A stretch of 64,000 nt of DNA from an uncultured Algibacter sp. (GCA_937958265.1 CALGNX010000004.1:2063-66062); one strand, 5' to 3'. Positions 18,222 through 29,665 are shown, counted from the first letter of the stretch. A program made the numbers and translations. Notes: a model not told the origin generated them from the letters alone.

Positions 18222-19199
18222 ATGAAAACAATTCAATTTAGAGAAGCTATTTGTGAAGCAATGAGCGAAGAAATGCGCAGAGATGAAAGCGTGTACTTAA
18301 TGGGTGAGGAAGTTGCAGAATATAATGGCGCTTACAAGGCATCCAAAGGTATGTTAGATGAGTTTGGTGCTAAACGTGTTATAGATACTCCTATTGCAGA
18401 GCTAGGTTTTGCAGGAATTGCTATTGGATCTACAATGACGGGTAATAGGCCTATCGTAGAATATATGACTTTTAACTTCTCTTTAGTGGGAATTGATCAA
18501 ATTATAAATAATGCCGCTAAAATTAGGCAAATGTCTGGTGGTCAATTTAAGTGCCCTATTGTTTTTCGTGGTCCAACAGGTTCTGCAGGACAATTAGGAG
18601 CTACGCATTCTCAAGCTCTTGAAAACTGGTTTGCCAACACACCAGGTTTAAAAGTTGTTATTCCATCAAACCCTTACGATGCCAAAGGTTTATTGAAGGC
18701 AGCTATTCGCGATGACGATCCAGTTATTTTTATGGAAAGTGAGCAAATGTATGGTGATAAGGGTGAAGTGCCAGAAGGGGAGTATATTGTACCACTTGGT
18801 GTAGCTGAACTTAAACGCGAAGGAACTGATGTAACCATTGTGTCTTTTGGGAAAATAATTAAAGAAGCCTACAAAGCAGCAGACGAATTGGAGAAAGAGG
18901 GTATCTCTTGTGAAATTATTGATTTACGTACAGTACGTCCAATGGACAGAAAAGCCATCTTAGAATCGGTTAAAAAAACAAATAGACTAGTGATTTTAGA
19001 AGAAGCATGGCCTTTTGGAAATGTATCTACAGAAATCACATATTTAGTGCAGTCTGAGGCTTTTGATTATTTGGATGCTCCAATTATTAAAATAAATACT
19101 GCAGATACGCCAGCGGCTTATTCGCCTGTTTTAATGGCGGAATGGTTGCCAGATTATACAGAGGTAATTAAAGCAGTAAAAAAGGTAATGTATAGATAG
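18222..19199 (+). CDS. pdhB: Pyruvate dehydrogenase (2-oxoacid dehydrogenase) E1 component subunit beta
   Basis: FREAICEAMSEEMRRDESVYLMGEEV...RVIDTPIAELGFAGIAIG is the typical E1-beta transketolase-like pyrimidine-binding domain. Confidence 0.9.
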   Translation: MKTIQFREAICEAMSEEMRRDESVYLMGEEVAEYNGAYKASKGMLDEFGAKRVIDTPIAELGFAGIAIGSTMTGNRPIVEYMTFNFSLVGIDQIINNAAKIRQMSGGQFKCPIVFRGPTGSAGQLGATHSQALENWFANTPGLKVVIPSNPYDAKGLLKAAIRDDDPVIFMESEQMYGDKGEVPEGEYIVPLGVAELKREGTDVTIVSFGKIIKEAYKAADELEKEGISCEIIDLRTVRPMDRKAILESVKKTNRLVILEEAWPFGNVSTEITYLVQSEAFDYLDAPIIKINTADTPAAYSPVLMAEWLPDYTEVIKAVKKVMYR

Positions 19200-19220
19200 A
19201 TTATATTATTTTTTTTAACA

Positions 19221-19262
19221 AAAAACTTCATTAACAGCCTGTTAATGAAGTTTTTTTTTTGT
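19221..19262 (+). terminator. Rho-independent terminator after pdhB
   Basis: The inverted repeat CTTCATTAACAG / CTGTTAATGAAG is followed by a run of 10 or more T. Confidence 0.75.
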
Positions 19263-19329
19263 TAATTGATAAAAAAATAAAAAATTAGCCCTGTTGGGTT
19301 TTAAGAATGTGAGAAAATAAAAGTGTTAA

Positions 19330-21837
19330 ATGAAAATTAAATTATTCTTTTTTTATTGCTTATTCCATACATGTCTCTCATTAGCACAAACCAAAGTTAG
19401 TGGTTTTGTGTTCGATGAATTTAATAGCCCTATAGCCTTTGCTAATATTATTTTCTCAGGCTCTACCGAAGGCACTATTACTAACGAGAACGGGAAATTC
19501 TATTTAGAATCTGAAGCTAATTGGGATGCCTTAAATGTCACTTTTATTGGGTATGAAACTTTACGTGTTCCTTTGTATAAAAAGGTAAATTATAATTTAA
19601 AATTTATTTTAAAAGAAGAGACAGCCCAACTAAATGCCGTTCTTATTGTTTCTGGTAAACAATCTAAAAAGGATAATCCAGCTATTGATATACTTAGGGA
19701 AATATGGGCCAATAAACGTAGTAACGGTTTAAAACAGTTTAAGCAATACGAATACGATAAATACGAAAAATTAGAGTTTGATTTAAATACTATTGATAGC
19801 GCCCTTATAAAAAGTAAACTATTTAAGGGTATGGAGTTTGTTTTTAATGAAGTAGATACCTCTAGTGTTACAGGTAAAACGTATTTGCCAATTTTTATAA
19901 ACGAAGCTATATCTCGGGTTTATGGCGATAATATTATTAAAAAAACCAAAGAAGATTTAAAAGGTAATAAAAACTCAGGTTTTAGTGATAACCAAATGAT
20001 TATTGATTTTGTAGACGACCTCTATTCAGATTTTAATGTGTACGATAATTATTTGAAATTTTTCGATAAAAGTTTTGTAAGCCCTATATCAAAAACAGGA
20101 ATTGATACCTATAATTATGTTCTTGCAGACAGTGCTTTTATTGATAATAAGTGGTGCTATAATATTATCTATTATCCAAGACGTAAAAATGAGCTAACAT
20201 TTAAAGGCGATTTTTGGGTTGCAGATACCACGTATGCTATTAAAGAAATTAATCTTCAAGCCTCGAAAAGTGCTAATATAAATTGGATTAAGGAAATTTA
20301 TATTGAGCAAGAGTTTGAAGTGTTAAACGACTCTCTGTTTTTAGTAACGCGCGATTACATGTTGTCTGATTTTGCTTTTGATAAAAAGGAGAAATCACGT
20401 GGCGTTTACGGCAAGCGTACAACACTATACAATAACTATAAATTTGATATCAAAAAAGATAAAAAATTTTACGAAAAGGACGTTTATAATTTTGATAAAG
20501 ATATTTATAATAGAAGTAATGCTTTTTGGGATAAAAACCGTGTTGAGAAATTAAATAAAGACGAGCTAGGCGTTTATAAAATGCTAGACACTCTAAAAAC
20601 AGTTAAAAAATTTAAACGTTTATATAGTTTAGGAAGTATTCTAGCTTCTGGCTATATTGAGTTAAATTCCCTGCCTCTAGATTATGGTCCTATTTTTTCC
20701 ACCTTGGGCTATAACGTTGTTGAAGGTTTGCGTTTAAGAACAGGCGGGCGTACTTATTTTGGGCCAAATGATTTATGGCGGTTAGAAGGATTTTTGGCCT
20801 ACGGATTTAATGATGATAAATTTAAATATGGCATCTCAGCCAAGTGGCTTGTCGATAAAAAAAGCAGGTTCATAATATCTGGTGGCAACCGTCGCGATGT
20901 CGAGCAAATAGGCGCTAGTTTAACAGCTAGTGCCGATGTTTTAGGGCGGAGTTTAGCTTCTTCGGCAGTTGTAGGAACAGGTGCTAACGATAAGCTAACG
21001 CGTGTTAATCTAACCAGTTTGGCAGTAGAGGCCGAACCGTTTCAAAACGTAATTTTTAGATTAGGTGGAAGTTATAAAACTTTAGAATCGGCTTCATCCA
21101 CATTTAGTTTAGATTATAATACACCGGCAGGTATAGCGTCTGAAATTAAACAATTTGAAACGAACCTATCGCTATCTTATTTTCCAGGGCGAAAAATGAC
21201 GGGTTTTGGTGTGGAGCGTAGAAATGCAAACGATGATTTTACGAGGCTTTTTGGACAAGTAACCCGAGGAGATAAAAATATTTTTAAAAGCGATTTTGAT
21301 TATACAAAAGTACAGCTGTCCTACAGGCGACCATGGCAAATTGGCGGGTTTGGGAGAACTATTACAATTATTGAAGCTGGTAAGACATTTGGTGAAGTAC
21401 CTTTGGGTTTATTAAATGTTATTCCTGGTAATCAAACCTATTATTCAATTTATAATACCTTTTCACAACTAGATTTTTATGAATTTGTGTCTGACACCTA
21501 CGCTTCATTTCATGTGGAGCATAATTTTAATGGGCGCTTATTTTCTAGAATTCCTTTATTAAGGCAATTAAATCTTAGGGAAATTGTTAGTGTTCGCGGT
21601 GTCGTAGGGAGTATATCAGATAAAAATATAGCGTTGAACAATGTGCAAAGTAACCCGAATAATTTAGTGCTACAAGCGCCATCTAATGAGCCTTACTATG
21701 AGTATAGTTTGGGTGTTGGTAATATTTTTAAAGTATTTCGGTTGGATTTTAACTTTCGAGGAAATTACAAAAGTAAAGTTTTGTATCCGGAAGCTAGAAA
21801 GTTTGGAATTACAGGTCGTTTTGGTTTTGATTTTTGA
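19330..21837 (+). CDS. Carboxypeptidase-regulatory-like domain plus DUF5686-type outer-membrane protein
   Basis: It has a signal peptide and an N-terminal CarboxypepD_reg-like strand pattern (VSGFVFDEFNSPIAFANIIFSGSTEGTITNENGKFYL). The large C-terminal region has beta-barrel-like alternating sequence and ends in an aromatic residue (FGFDF). Confidence 0.7.
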   Translation: MKIKLFFFYCLFHTCLSLAQTKVSGFVFDEFNSPIAFANIIFSGSTEGTITNENGKFYLESEANWDALNVTFIGYETLRVPLYKKVNYNLKFILKEETAQLNAVLIVSGKQSKKDNPAIDILREIWANKRSNGLKQFKQYEYDKYEKLEFDLNTIDSALIKSKLFKGMEFVFNEVDTSSVTGKTYLPIFINEAISRVYGDNIIKKTKEDLKGNKNSGFSDNQMIIDFVDDLYSDFNVYDNYLKFFDKSFVSPISKTGIDTYNYVLADSAFIDNKWCYNIIYYPRRKNELTFKGDFWVADTTYAIKEINLQASKSANINWIKEIYIEQEFEVLNDSLFLVTRDYMLSDFAFDKKEKSRGVYGKRTTLYNNYKFDIKKDKKFYEKDVYNFDKDIYNRSNAFWDKNRVEKLNKDELGVYKMLDTLKTVKKFKRLYSLGSILASGYIELNSLPLDYGPIFSTLGYNVVEGLRLRTGGRTYFGPNDLWRLEGFLAYGFNDDKFKYGISAKWLVDKKSRFIISGGNRRDVEQIGASLTASADVLGRSLASSAVVGTGANDKLTRVNLTSLAVEAEPFQNVIFRLGGSYKTLESASSTFSLDYNTPAGIASEIKQFETNLSLSYFPGRKMTGFGVERRNANDDFTRLFGQVTRGDKNIFKSDFDYTKVQLSYRRPWQIGGFGRTITIIEAGKTFGEVPLGLLNVIPGNQTYYSIYNTFSQLDFYEFVSDTYASFHVEHNFNGRLFSRIPLLRQLNLREIVSVRGVVGSISDKNIALNNVQSNPNNLVLQAPSNEPYYEYSLGVGNIFKVFRLDFNFRGNYKSKVLYPEARKFGITGRFGFDF

Positions 21838-22012
21838 AACAGTTCTTCTTTAGTTCATGCTGTTGTGTGAGCATAAGAGCAATAGTTTTAAATAAAGTTT
21901 CGTAGTTTAAAAAATGGCCAATTTATATTTTTATACCACCATTTAAACCAATTAAAGACACTGCAAAACTGGAGCTAAGTTGCGTTTTTAATATTTAATT
22001 CAGTCTTATAAA

Positions 22013-22048
22013 ACAAAAAAAAGACCACCTGTAAGAGTGGTCTTTTAT
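22013..22048. terminator. Bidirectional rho-independent terminator, 3' of metK
   Basis: The stem AAGACCAC / GTGGTCTT has an 8-nt loop and is flanked by an A8 run and TTTT. Confidence 0.75.
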
Positions 22049-22071
22049 CTAATATGAAAAAACTTTAAATT

Positions 22072-23325
22072 TTATAAACCAAAAGCAGTTTTTACTTTCG
22101 CAACGTAATCCAATTTTTCCCAAGTAAACAATTCCACATCAAGTGTAGTAGATGCTCCATTAGGTTGGGAGAATGTTTTGGTTACAGTTTCGTTTTTTCG
22201 TCCCATATGTCCGTAAGCTGCGGTTTCACTATACATTGGTGCACGTAGCTTTAAGCGTTCTTCAATCGCAAAAGGGCGCATATCAAAAATTTCAGTTACT
22301 TTTTTTGCTATTTCGCCATCAGTCATGTTAAAAGCGCAAGTTCCGTAGGTGTCTACAAAAATACCCATAGGTTCAACTACCCCAATAGCGTAACTTACTT
22401 GTACTAAAATTTCGTCAGCAACACCAGCGGCTACTAAATTTTTAGCAATATGTCGCGTTGCGTAAGCTGCACTTCTATCCACTTTACTCGGGTCTTTACC
22501 TGAGAATGCACCACCACCATGTGCTCCTTTTCCGCCGTAAGTATCCACTATAATTTTACGACCTGTTAAACCTGTGTCGCCATGTGGGCCACCAATAACA
22601 AATTTGCCTGTTGGGTTAATGTGGTAGGTAATATCATCATTAAATAAATCCTGTATAGCCTTAGGGAGTTTAGCAATTACTCTAGGAATCAAGATATCAA
22701 TAATATCTGTTCTAATTTTAGCAAGCATGTTATCATCCTCATCAAAATCATCATGCTGTGTAGATACTACAATAGCATCAATACGCTGCGGTACATTATC
22801 ATCGCTATATTCTATGGTAACTTGGCTTTTAGAGTCTGGTCTTAAATAAGGTATTGTTTTGTTTTCGCGACGTAATTCTGCAAGTTCAATTAAAATACGA
22901 TGAGACAAGTCTAAGGCCAAGGGCATAAAATTTTCGGTTTCGTTGGTGGCGTAACCAAACATCATTCCTTGGTCGCCAGCACCTTGTTGTTCTTTACTTC
23001 CGCGGTCTACACCTTGGTTAATTTCGTCAGATTGTTCGTGTATTGCAGAAAGTACACCACAAGAATTGCCATCAAACATGTATTCCCCTTTGGTATATCC
23101 AATTTTGTTAATGGTGTCTCTTGCTATTTTTTGAACATCTAGATAAGTGGTAGAACGTACTTCTCCAGCAAGAATAACTTGGCCAGTTGTTACTAAAGTC
23201 TCGCAAGCTACTTTCGAGTCAGTATCAAAAGCTAAAAAATTATCAATTAAAGCATCACTAATTTGGTCTGCTACTTTGTCTGGGTGTCCTTCAGAAACAC
23301 TCTCTGAAGTGAATAAATAAGCCAT
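22072..23325 (-). CDS. metK: S-adenosylmethionine synthase
   Basis: [26 protein letters not shown] and [19 protein letters not shown] are all present. Confidence 0.95.
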   Translation of the reverse strand: MAYLFTSESVSEGHPDKVADQISDALIDNFLAFDTDSKVACETLVTTGQVILAGEVRSTTYLDVQKIARDTINKIGYTKGEYMFDGNSCGVLSAIHEQSDEINQGVDRGSKEQQGAGDQGMMFGYATNETENFMPLALDLSHRILIELAELRRENKTIPYLRPDSKSQVTIEYSDDNVPQRIDAIVVSTQHDDFDEDDNMLAKIRTDIIDILIPRVIAKLPKAIQDLFNDDITYHINPTGKFVIGGPHGDTGLTGRKIIVDTYGGKGAHGGGAFSGKDPSKVDRSAAYATRHIAKNLVAAGVADEILVQVSYAIGVVEPMGIFVDTYGTCAFNMTDGEIAKKVTEIFDMRPFAIEERLKLRAPMYSETAAYGHMGRKNETVTKTFSQPNGASTTLDVELFTWEKLDYVAKVKTAFGL

Positions 23326-23443
23326 ATTTTTTATTTTATGATAAGATTTGACGAGAACGTCGAAGGAAGTTTACACTGCCTTTAGCATTTTTACTCACAT
23401 TAACTTTAGTTTAATGTAAAGAGGTTGCAATCAGTCAAATCTT
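23326..23443 (-). promoter_or_regulatory. Structured metK 5' leader, a candidate SAM-responsive riboswitch of unassigned class
   Basis: On the minus strand, AAGATTTGAC (23443-23434) is perfectly complementary to GTCAAATCTT (23352-23343). The two arms enclose ~80 nt that contain an internal hairpin (ACATTAA/TTAATGT). The 3' arm ends 17 nt before the ATG. Confidence 0.35.
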
Positions 23444-23925
23444 TCCTCTATTAATTGTTAATGCAAAAGTAAAAAAATAAAAGAAAATAGCTCTTGTTTT
23501 TAGTTTTTTTTGCGCATTTAACAAAAGCTATAAGCGTCTTTTTTTAGGTAAAATAGATTACATTTACTATAAAGCTTATAGTTTATGAAAAATGCTTTGC
23601 TTTGTTGCTTATTTTTATTCAAAAATTGGTCAAGTCGTTTTATTTATAAATATTTGTTAGCCGCTTATTGGGTTAAATGCTTTTTGCATGTTTTTTTTAT
23701 TTTGAACATCATAAAAAAAACATGTTAAGTTTCTGTTTATTAAGTAGTTGTGTTGTTTTTAGGGTGTGTGAAAATAACTTAAAAATTTATTAACTTACAA
23801 AAGTATAAAGACTATTAAATTAATTTTGTTAATAGCAAAGTTTAAATAAATTTCCTTAGTGCTAGCTGTCTTAAAAAAGTTAGAATAGTAAATATAAAGC
23901 GTAGCTAGTAGTAAGATGATCTGTA

Positions 23926-25617
23926 ATGAAAATGGAGAAAATTAATAAATACAGTAAAAGATTAACACAAGACGAATCGCAGCCAGCATCGCAAGCTATG
24001 TTGTATGCTGTAGGTTTAACGGACGAAGATATGCAAAAAGCTCAGGTAGGTATTGCTAGTACTGGGTACGATGGTAACCCGTGTAATATGCACTTAAATG
24101 GCTTAGCTTCAGAAGTGAAAATTGAAACCAAAATAGCAGGTTTGGTGGGCTTGGGTTTTAATACAATTGGTGTTAGTGATGGAATTTCTATGGGTACTTC
24201 AGGAATGAATTATTCTTTAGCATCTCGTGATATTATTGCAGATTCTATTGAAACGGTTATGAATGCCCAGAGTTACGATGCGTTAATTGCCGTAGTAGGT
24301 TGTGATAAAAATATGCCAGGAGCAGTTATTGCAATGTTACGTTTAAACAGGCCGTCTATAATGATGTATGGTGGTACAATTGCATCAGGAAAATATAAAG
24401 GTCGTAAATTAAATATTGTTTCTGCTTTTGAAGCTTTAGGGCAAAAAGTGGCTGGTGAAATTGAAGAGGAAGAATATAGAGATATTATAAAAAGTGCAAT
24501 TCCTGGCGCTGGCGCTTGTGGAGGAATGTATACCGCAAACACAATGGCTTCAGCCATTGAATGTATGGGTTTTGCCTTGCCTTATAATTCTTCAATTCCT
24601 GCTGAAAATCCTAATAAGCTATCCGAAAGCGAAAGAACAGCGCGGGCAATAAAAAATTTATTAGAATTGGATTTAAAACCTTTAGATATTATTTCTAAAA
24701 AATCTATTGAAAATGCTATAGCCCTTGTAAATGCTTTAGGCGGGTCTACCAATGCAGTATTGCATTTTTTAGCGATTGCTCATGCTGCCGATATAGATTT
24801 TACTCTTGCAGATTTTCAACGCGTAAGTGATAGAACGCCTTTAATAGCAGATTTGAAACCTAGCGGAAAATACTTAATGGAGGATGTGCATGGTGTAGGA
24901 GGTACGCCAGCAGTTATGAAATATTTATTAGATAATGGTTATTTACATGGCGAGTGTTTAACAGTAACAGGAAAAACATTAGCAGAAAACTTGGCAAATG
25001 TCGAGGGGCTTACTTTTGAAGAAGATAGCCAAGATGTAATTTATCCAAAAGACAAAGCTTTAAAAACATCAGGAAATTTACAAATTCTTTATGGTAACCT
25101 AGCGACAGAAGGAGCCGTTGCTAAAATATCTGGTAATGAAGGATTATTGTTTGAGGGTAAAGCAGTAGTTTACGATGGTGAGCAAGCAGCCAATACCGGT
25201 ATTTCTAACGGTGAGGTAGAGCGTGGCGATGTTGTTGTTATTCGTTATGTGGGCCCAAAAGGCGGTCCAGGTATGCCGGAAATGTTAAAACCAACATCGT
25301 TAATTATGGGTGCAGGTTTAGGTAAATCGGTCGCGTTAATTACAGATGGTCGTTTTTCTGGTGGTACACATGGCTTTGTTGTAGGACACATAACACCAGA
25401 AGCACAATCTGGTGGAACTATTGGCTTGATAGAAACTGGTGATAAAATTAAAATTAGTGCGGAAGATAATTCAATTAACGTTTTGCTTTCTGAAGATGAG
25501 TTAGCTAAACGAAAATCAAAATGGGTGCAACCCGCATTAAAGCATAAAAAAGGCATATTGTATAAGTATGCGAAATCTGTGGCATCGGCTTCAAAAGGTT
25601 GTGTAACAGATTTATAA
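23926..25617 (+). CDS. ilvD: Dihydroxy-acid dehydratase
   Basis: [24 protein letters not shown] and [17 protein letters not shown] are present. The start could instead be the ATG at 23932. Confidence 0.95.
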   Translation: MKMEKINKYSKRLTQDESQPASQAMLYAVGLTDEDMQKAQVGIASTGYDGNPCNMHLNGLASEVKIETKIAGLVGLGFNTIGVSDGISMGTSGMNYSLASRDIIADSIETVMNAQSYDALIAVVGCDKNMPGAVIAMLRLNRPSIMMYGGTIASGKYKGRKLNIVSAFEALGQKVAGEIEEEEYRDIIKSAIPGAGACGGMYTANTMASAIECMGFALPYNSSIPAENPNKLSESERTARAIKNLLELDLKPLDIISKKSIENAIALVNALGGSTNAVLHFLAIAHAADIDFTLADFQRVSDRTPLIADLKPSGKYLMEDVHGVGGTPAVMKYLLDNGYLHGECLTVTGKTLAENLANVEGLTFEEDSQDVIYPKDKALKTSGNLQILYGNLATEGAVAKISGNEGLLFEGKAVVYDGEQAANTGISNGEVERGDVVVIRYVGPKGGPGMPEMLKPTSLIMGAGLGKSVALITDGRFSGGTHGFVVGHITPEAQSGGTIGLIETGDKIKISAEDNSINVLLSEDELAKRKSKWVQPALKHKKGILYKYAKSVASASKGCVTDL

Positions 25618-25668
25618 TAAGTAGATTTTTTCCATGTCCTTGTAAAAGGAAATCTAAAATACCGAGAG

Positions 25669-27405
25669 ATGAAAGAAACTCAAACAATTAATAAGGCACA
25701 AGGCGTTGTAAATGCACCTGTGCGAATAACAGGAAGTGAAGCTATTGTAAGGTGTCTTATCGCCGAAGGGGTTGATATACTTTATGGATATCCAGGGGGC
25801 GCAATCATGCCCGTTTACGATGAGTTACATAAATTTAGAGATAAAATACATCATGTATTAGCGCGCCACGAGCAGGGTGCAGCGCATGCGGCACAAGGTT
25901 TTGCACGTATTTCTGGTCGAGTAGGTGTTGCTATAGCAACTTCCGGCCCTGGAGCTACTAATTTAGTAACCGGTATTGCAGATGCGCAGATAGACTCAAC
26001 ACCACTGGTATGTATTACTGGTCAGGTTCCGTCTCATTTGTTAGGTAGTGATGCTTTTCAAGAAACAGACATTGTCGGTATTTCTACGCCAGTAACAAAA
26101 TGGAATTGCCAAGTTACCAAAGCAGAAGATATTCCTGCGGCTATTGCTAAGGCATTTTATATTGCTAGAAGCGGAAGGCCAGGACCTGTTTTAGTAGATA
26201 TTACTAAAGATGCTCAGTTTTCGGAGCTGGATTTTAAGTATGAAAAATGTAAAGGCGTAAGAAGCTACAACCCGGTGCCTAAAACAAATATGGAGGCTAT
26301 TAACGCTGCTGCGAAACTGATTAATAATGCTAAAAAACCAATGATTGTTTGGGGGCAAGGTGTTATTTTAGGTAAAGCAGAAGCCGAGTTAAAAGCCGTT
26401 GTTGAAAAAGCAGGTATTCCTGCGGCTTGGACAATTTTAGGAGCTTCGGCTTTACCAACAGCGCACCCCTTAAATATAGGTATGGTTGGTATGCATGGAA
26501 ATTATGCGCCTAATAAATTAACCAACGAGTGCGATGTTTTAATTGCTATAGGTATGCGTTTTGATGATCGTGTTACGGGAAGTTTAGATACCTATGCAAA
26601 ACAAGCAAAAATTATTCATTTTGATATTGATCCTGCTGAGATAGACAAAAACGTAAAGACGGATGTAGCTGTTTTAGGAAACTCAAAAGAAAGCTTAGCC
26701 CTGCTTTTTAATGCTCTTAATAAAAACAAACACGAGTCTTGGTTGCAAAAATTTAAAGATTTGTATGCCATAGAGTTTGATAAAGTTATTAAAGATGATA
26801 TTCATCCTACTAAGGAAGGGTTAACTATGGGAGAGGTTATTGCCCAAATTAATATTGAAAGTAAAGGCGATGCCGCTATTGTTACAGATGTTGGGCAGCA
26901 CCAAATGATTGCTTGCCGTTATTCCGAATTTAATATCACTAAAAGTAATATTACTTCAGGTGGTTTAGGTACAATGGGTTTTGCGCTTCCTGCCGCTATT
27001 GGAGCAAAAATGGCAGCACCAAACCGCGAAGTTGTTGCGGTTATAGGTGATGGCGGTTTTCAAATGAATATTCAAGAATTAGGTACTATTTTTCAGCAAA
27101 AAGCAGCTGTAAAAATAGTGGTTTTAAATAATCAGTTTTTAGGTATGGTGCGCCAGTGGCAGCAGCTGTTTTTTGACAAACGTTATGCATCAACCGAAAT
27201 GACAAACCCTAATTTTGTAGCCATTGCAGAAGGTTACTATATTAAAGCCAAAAAAGTAACAAAGCGCGAGGAGTTAGCCGATGCTGTAAAAGAAATGATG
27301 GCATCAAAAGAGTCTTATTTCTTAGAGGTTTGTGTAGAGAAGGAGGGCAATGTGTTTCCTATGATTCCTACAGGAGCATCTGTTTCCGAGGTGCGTTTAA
27401 GTTAA
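25669..27405 (+). CDS. ilvB: Acetolactate synthase, large (catalytic) subunit, biosynthetic type
   Basis: GYPGGAIMPVYD and the ThDP-binding motif IGDGGFQMNIQEL...NN are present. Confidence 0.92.
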   Translation: MKETQTINKAQGVVNAPVRITGSEAIVRCLIAEGVDILYGYPGGAIMPVYDELHKFRDKIHHVLARHEQGAAHAAQGFARISGRVGVAIATSGPGATNLVTGIADAQIDSTPLVCITGQVPSHLLGSDAFQETDIVGISTPVTKWNCQVTKAEDIPAAIAKAFYIARSGRPGPVLVDITKDAQFSELDFKYEKCKGVRSYNPVPKTNMEAINAAAKLINNAKKPMIVWGQGVILGKAEAELKAVVEKAGIPAAWTILGASALPTAHPLNIGMVGMHGNYAPNKLTNECDVLIAIGMRFDDRVTGSLDTYAKQAKIIHFDIDPAEIDKNVKTDVAVLGNSKESLALLFNALNKNKHESWLQKFKDLYAIEFDKVIKDDIHPTKEGLTMGEVIAQINIESKGDAAIVTDVGQHQMIACRYSEFNITKSNITSGGLGTMGFALPAAIGAKMAAPNREVVAVIGDGGFQMNIQELGTIFQQKAAVKIVVLNNQFLGMVRQWQQLFFDKRYASTEMTNPNFVAIAEGYYIKAKKVTKREELADAVKEMMASKESYFLEVCVEKEGNVFPMIPTGASVSEVRLS

Positions 27406-27520
27406 TTTTAAAAGTAAGAAAACATATAAAAGAATTTAGAAACAAAAGTGAATATAAGAGCATATAAGCAAAGTGTAATTGTTACTTGTTCTTAATATTT
27501 TCGCTTTCATCTTTTAAAAA

Positions 27521-28054
27521 ATGAACGAAGAAATACAATCATTCACCATATCAATTTATACGGAAAATAACATTGGTTTATTAAATCGTATATCCGCTAT
27601 TTTTCAGCGCAGACATATTAATATAGAAAGTTTAACAACATCGCAATCTGAAATTGAGGGTGTTAATCGTTTTGTTATTGTGGTGCACATGACAGAAAAT
27701 AAGGCTATGAAAATTGTTAAGCAAATTGAAAAGCAGGTAGAAACGATTAGAGCATATTATCATACAGAGGATGAAACCATTTTTACAGAGTCTTGTATGT
27801 TTAAAATTAAATCTGATTTGTTGTTTAATGAGCCTCAAATACAGAATATAGTTAAAGAGAGTTACTCAAGAATTGTAACTGTAAATAAAGATTTTTTTGT
27901 GCTTGAAAAGTCAGGTAGGAGAAACGAAATTGAATCTTTACGACGCGATTTAAATGTATTTGGCATTATGCAATTTGTGCGTTCGGGCAGAATTGCCGTT
28001 ACAAAAGAAGAAATGAAAGTAAGTGAAATGCTAAAAGCATTCGATAATCAATAA
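27521..28054 (+). CDS. ilvN: Acetolactate synthase small (regulatory) subunit
   Basis: The ACT domain reads [30 protein letters not shown]. It sits directly after ilvB. Confidence 0.9.
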   Translation: MNEEIQSFTISIYTENNIGLLNRISAIFQRRHINIESLTTSQSEIEGVNRFVIVVHMTENKAMKIVKQIEKQVETIRAYYHTEDETIFTESCMFKIKSDLLFNEPQIQNIVKESYSRIVTVNKDFFVLEKSGRRNEIESLRRDLNVFGIMQFVRSGRIAVTKEEMKVSEMLKAFDNQ

Positions 28055-28071
28055 TTAGAATTACAAACACA

Positions 28072-29547
28072 ATGGGAAATTATTTTAACACACTATCGCT
28101 AAGAGATAAATTAGATCAATTATCGAAGTGTAGGTTTATGGACGCTTCAGAATTCACAGATGGCGTAAATGCTTTACAAGGAAAGAAAATAGTTGTCGTG
28201 GGATGCGGTGCTCAAGGGTTAAACCAGGGTTTAAACATGAGAGATTCTGGTTTGGATATTTCTTATGCATTACGCGACGCTGCCATTTCTGAAAAGCGCC
28301 AATCTTTTATAAACGCATCAGATAACGGATTTACGGTAGGAACATACAAAGAATTAATTCCAACGGCCGATTTAGTTTTAAATTTAACACCAGACAAACA
28401 ACATACAAGCGTTGTTAGTGCTGTGATGCCATTAATGAAAAAAGGCGCGACATTGTCTTATTCTCATGGGTTTAATATTGTAGAGGAAGGAACACAAGTA
28501 AGAGCTGATCTTACAGTTATAATGGTAGCGCCAAAATGTCCAGGTACAGAAGTTCGCGAAGAATATAAAAGAGGCTTTGGTGTGCCAACCTTAATAGCAG
28601 TGCACGAAGAGAATGATCCTGAAGGTAAAGGTTGGGCGCAAGCTAAGGCTTATGCAGTGGCAACAGGTGGTGATAAAGCTGGTGTTTTAGCCTCATCTTT
28701 TATTGCTGAGGTAAAGTCTGATTTAATGGGTGAGCAAACTATTCTTTGTGGTTTATTACAAACAGGTTCTATACTTTGTTTTGATAAAATGGTCGAAGAA
28801 GGTATAGATCCTGGTTATGCTTCAAAACTAATTCAGTACGGTTGGGAAACAGTAACCGAAGGTCTTAAATATGGTGGTGTAACACACATGATGGATCGTC
28901 TTTCTAACAGTGCAAAAATTAAAGCTTTTGAGTTGTCAGAAGAATTAAAAGGTATTATGCGTCCATTGTTTCAAAAGCATATGGATGATATTATTGAGGG
29001 GCGTTTTTCTGCGGGTATGATGGCAGATTGGGCTAATGATGATAAAGACTTATTAGGGTGGCGCGCAGCTACAGCTGAAACCGCATTCGAAAAAACGCCT
29101 GCTGGAGATATCGAAATCTCTGAGCAAGAATATTACGACAATGGTGTTTTAATGATCGCTATGGTAAGAGCAGGTGTTGAATTGGCTTTTGAAGCGATGG
29201 TGGACTCTGGAATTATTGATGCCTCCGCATATTACGAGTCTTTACACGAAACGCCACTTATAGCAAACACTATTGCTAGAAAGAAATTATATGAAATGAA
29301 TTCTGTGATTTCTGATACTGCGGAGTATGGCTGTTATTTGTTTGATCATGCATGTAAGCCTTTATTAGCAGATTTCATGAAAAATATAAAAACAGATGTT
29401 ATTGGAAAGGCATTTGCTAAAGACAACGGGAGTGGCGTTGATAATGCAAAGCTTATTGAAATTAATGCTATTTTAAGAAACCATCCAGTTGAAAAAGTTG
29501 GAACATTTTTAAGAGGTTCAATGAAGGCTATGAAGCCAATAGTATAG
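28072..29547 (+). CDS. ilvC: Ketol-acid reductoisomerase, long (class II) form
   Basis: It is 491 aa with [17 protein letters not shown] and a duplicated knotted C-terminal domain, like enterobacterial IlvC. Confidence 0.95.
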   Translation: MGNYFNTLSLRDKLDQLSKCRFMDASEFTDGVNALQGKKIVVVGCGAQGLNQGLNMRDSGLDISYALRDAAISEKRQSFINASDNGFTVGTYKELIPTADLVLNLTPDKQHTSVVSAVMPLMKKGATLSYSHGFNIVEEGTQVRADLTVIMVAPKCPGTEVREEYKRGFGVPTLIAVHEENDPEGKGWAQAKAYAVATGGDKAGVLASSFIAEVKSDLMGEQTILCGLLQTGSILCFDKMVEEGIDPGYASKLIQYGWETVTEGLKYGGVTHMMDRLSNSAKIKAFELSEELKGIMRPLFQKHMDDIIEGRFSAGMMADWANDDKDLLGWRAATAETAFEKTPAGDIEISEQEYYDNGVLMIAMVRAGVELAFEAMVDSGIIDASAYYESLHETPLIANTIARKKLYEMNSVISDTAEYGCYLFDHACKPLLADFMKNIKTDVIGKAFAKDNGSGVDNAKLIEINAILRNHPVEKVGTFLRGSMKAMKPIV

Positions 29548-29574
29548 TTAATTATATTATTAAAATTAATCTTA

Positions 29575-29610
29575 AAAACCTGTTAGATGTTTCATCTAAC
29601 AGGTTTTTTG
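29575..29610 (+). terminator. Rho-independent terminator between ilvC and ilvA
   Basis: A perfect 11-bp stem (CCTGTTAGATG / CATCTAACAGG) with a 3-nt loop is followed by TTTTTT. Confidence 0.75.
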
Positions 29611-29665
29611 TTTTAAAAATATTTAATTTGGTAACTTGCGTGCAAGTTGCCAAAACTCATAAAAT

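Noticed and set aside
23722-23793. A 23-codon ORF (MLSFCLLSSCVVFRVCENNLKIY) upstream of ilvD, considered as a possible branched-chain amino acid leader peptide.
   Set aside because: It has no run of consecutive Ile/Val/Leu codons, and I could not trace an obvious terminator/antiterminator alternative downstream.
25505-25687. A 60-aa minus-strand ORF bridging the ilvD-ilvB junction.
   Set aside because: It overlaps the ends of two strongly supported plus-strand genes and shows no recognisable similarity to anything.
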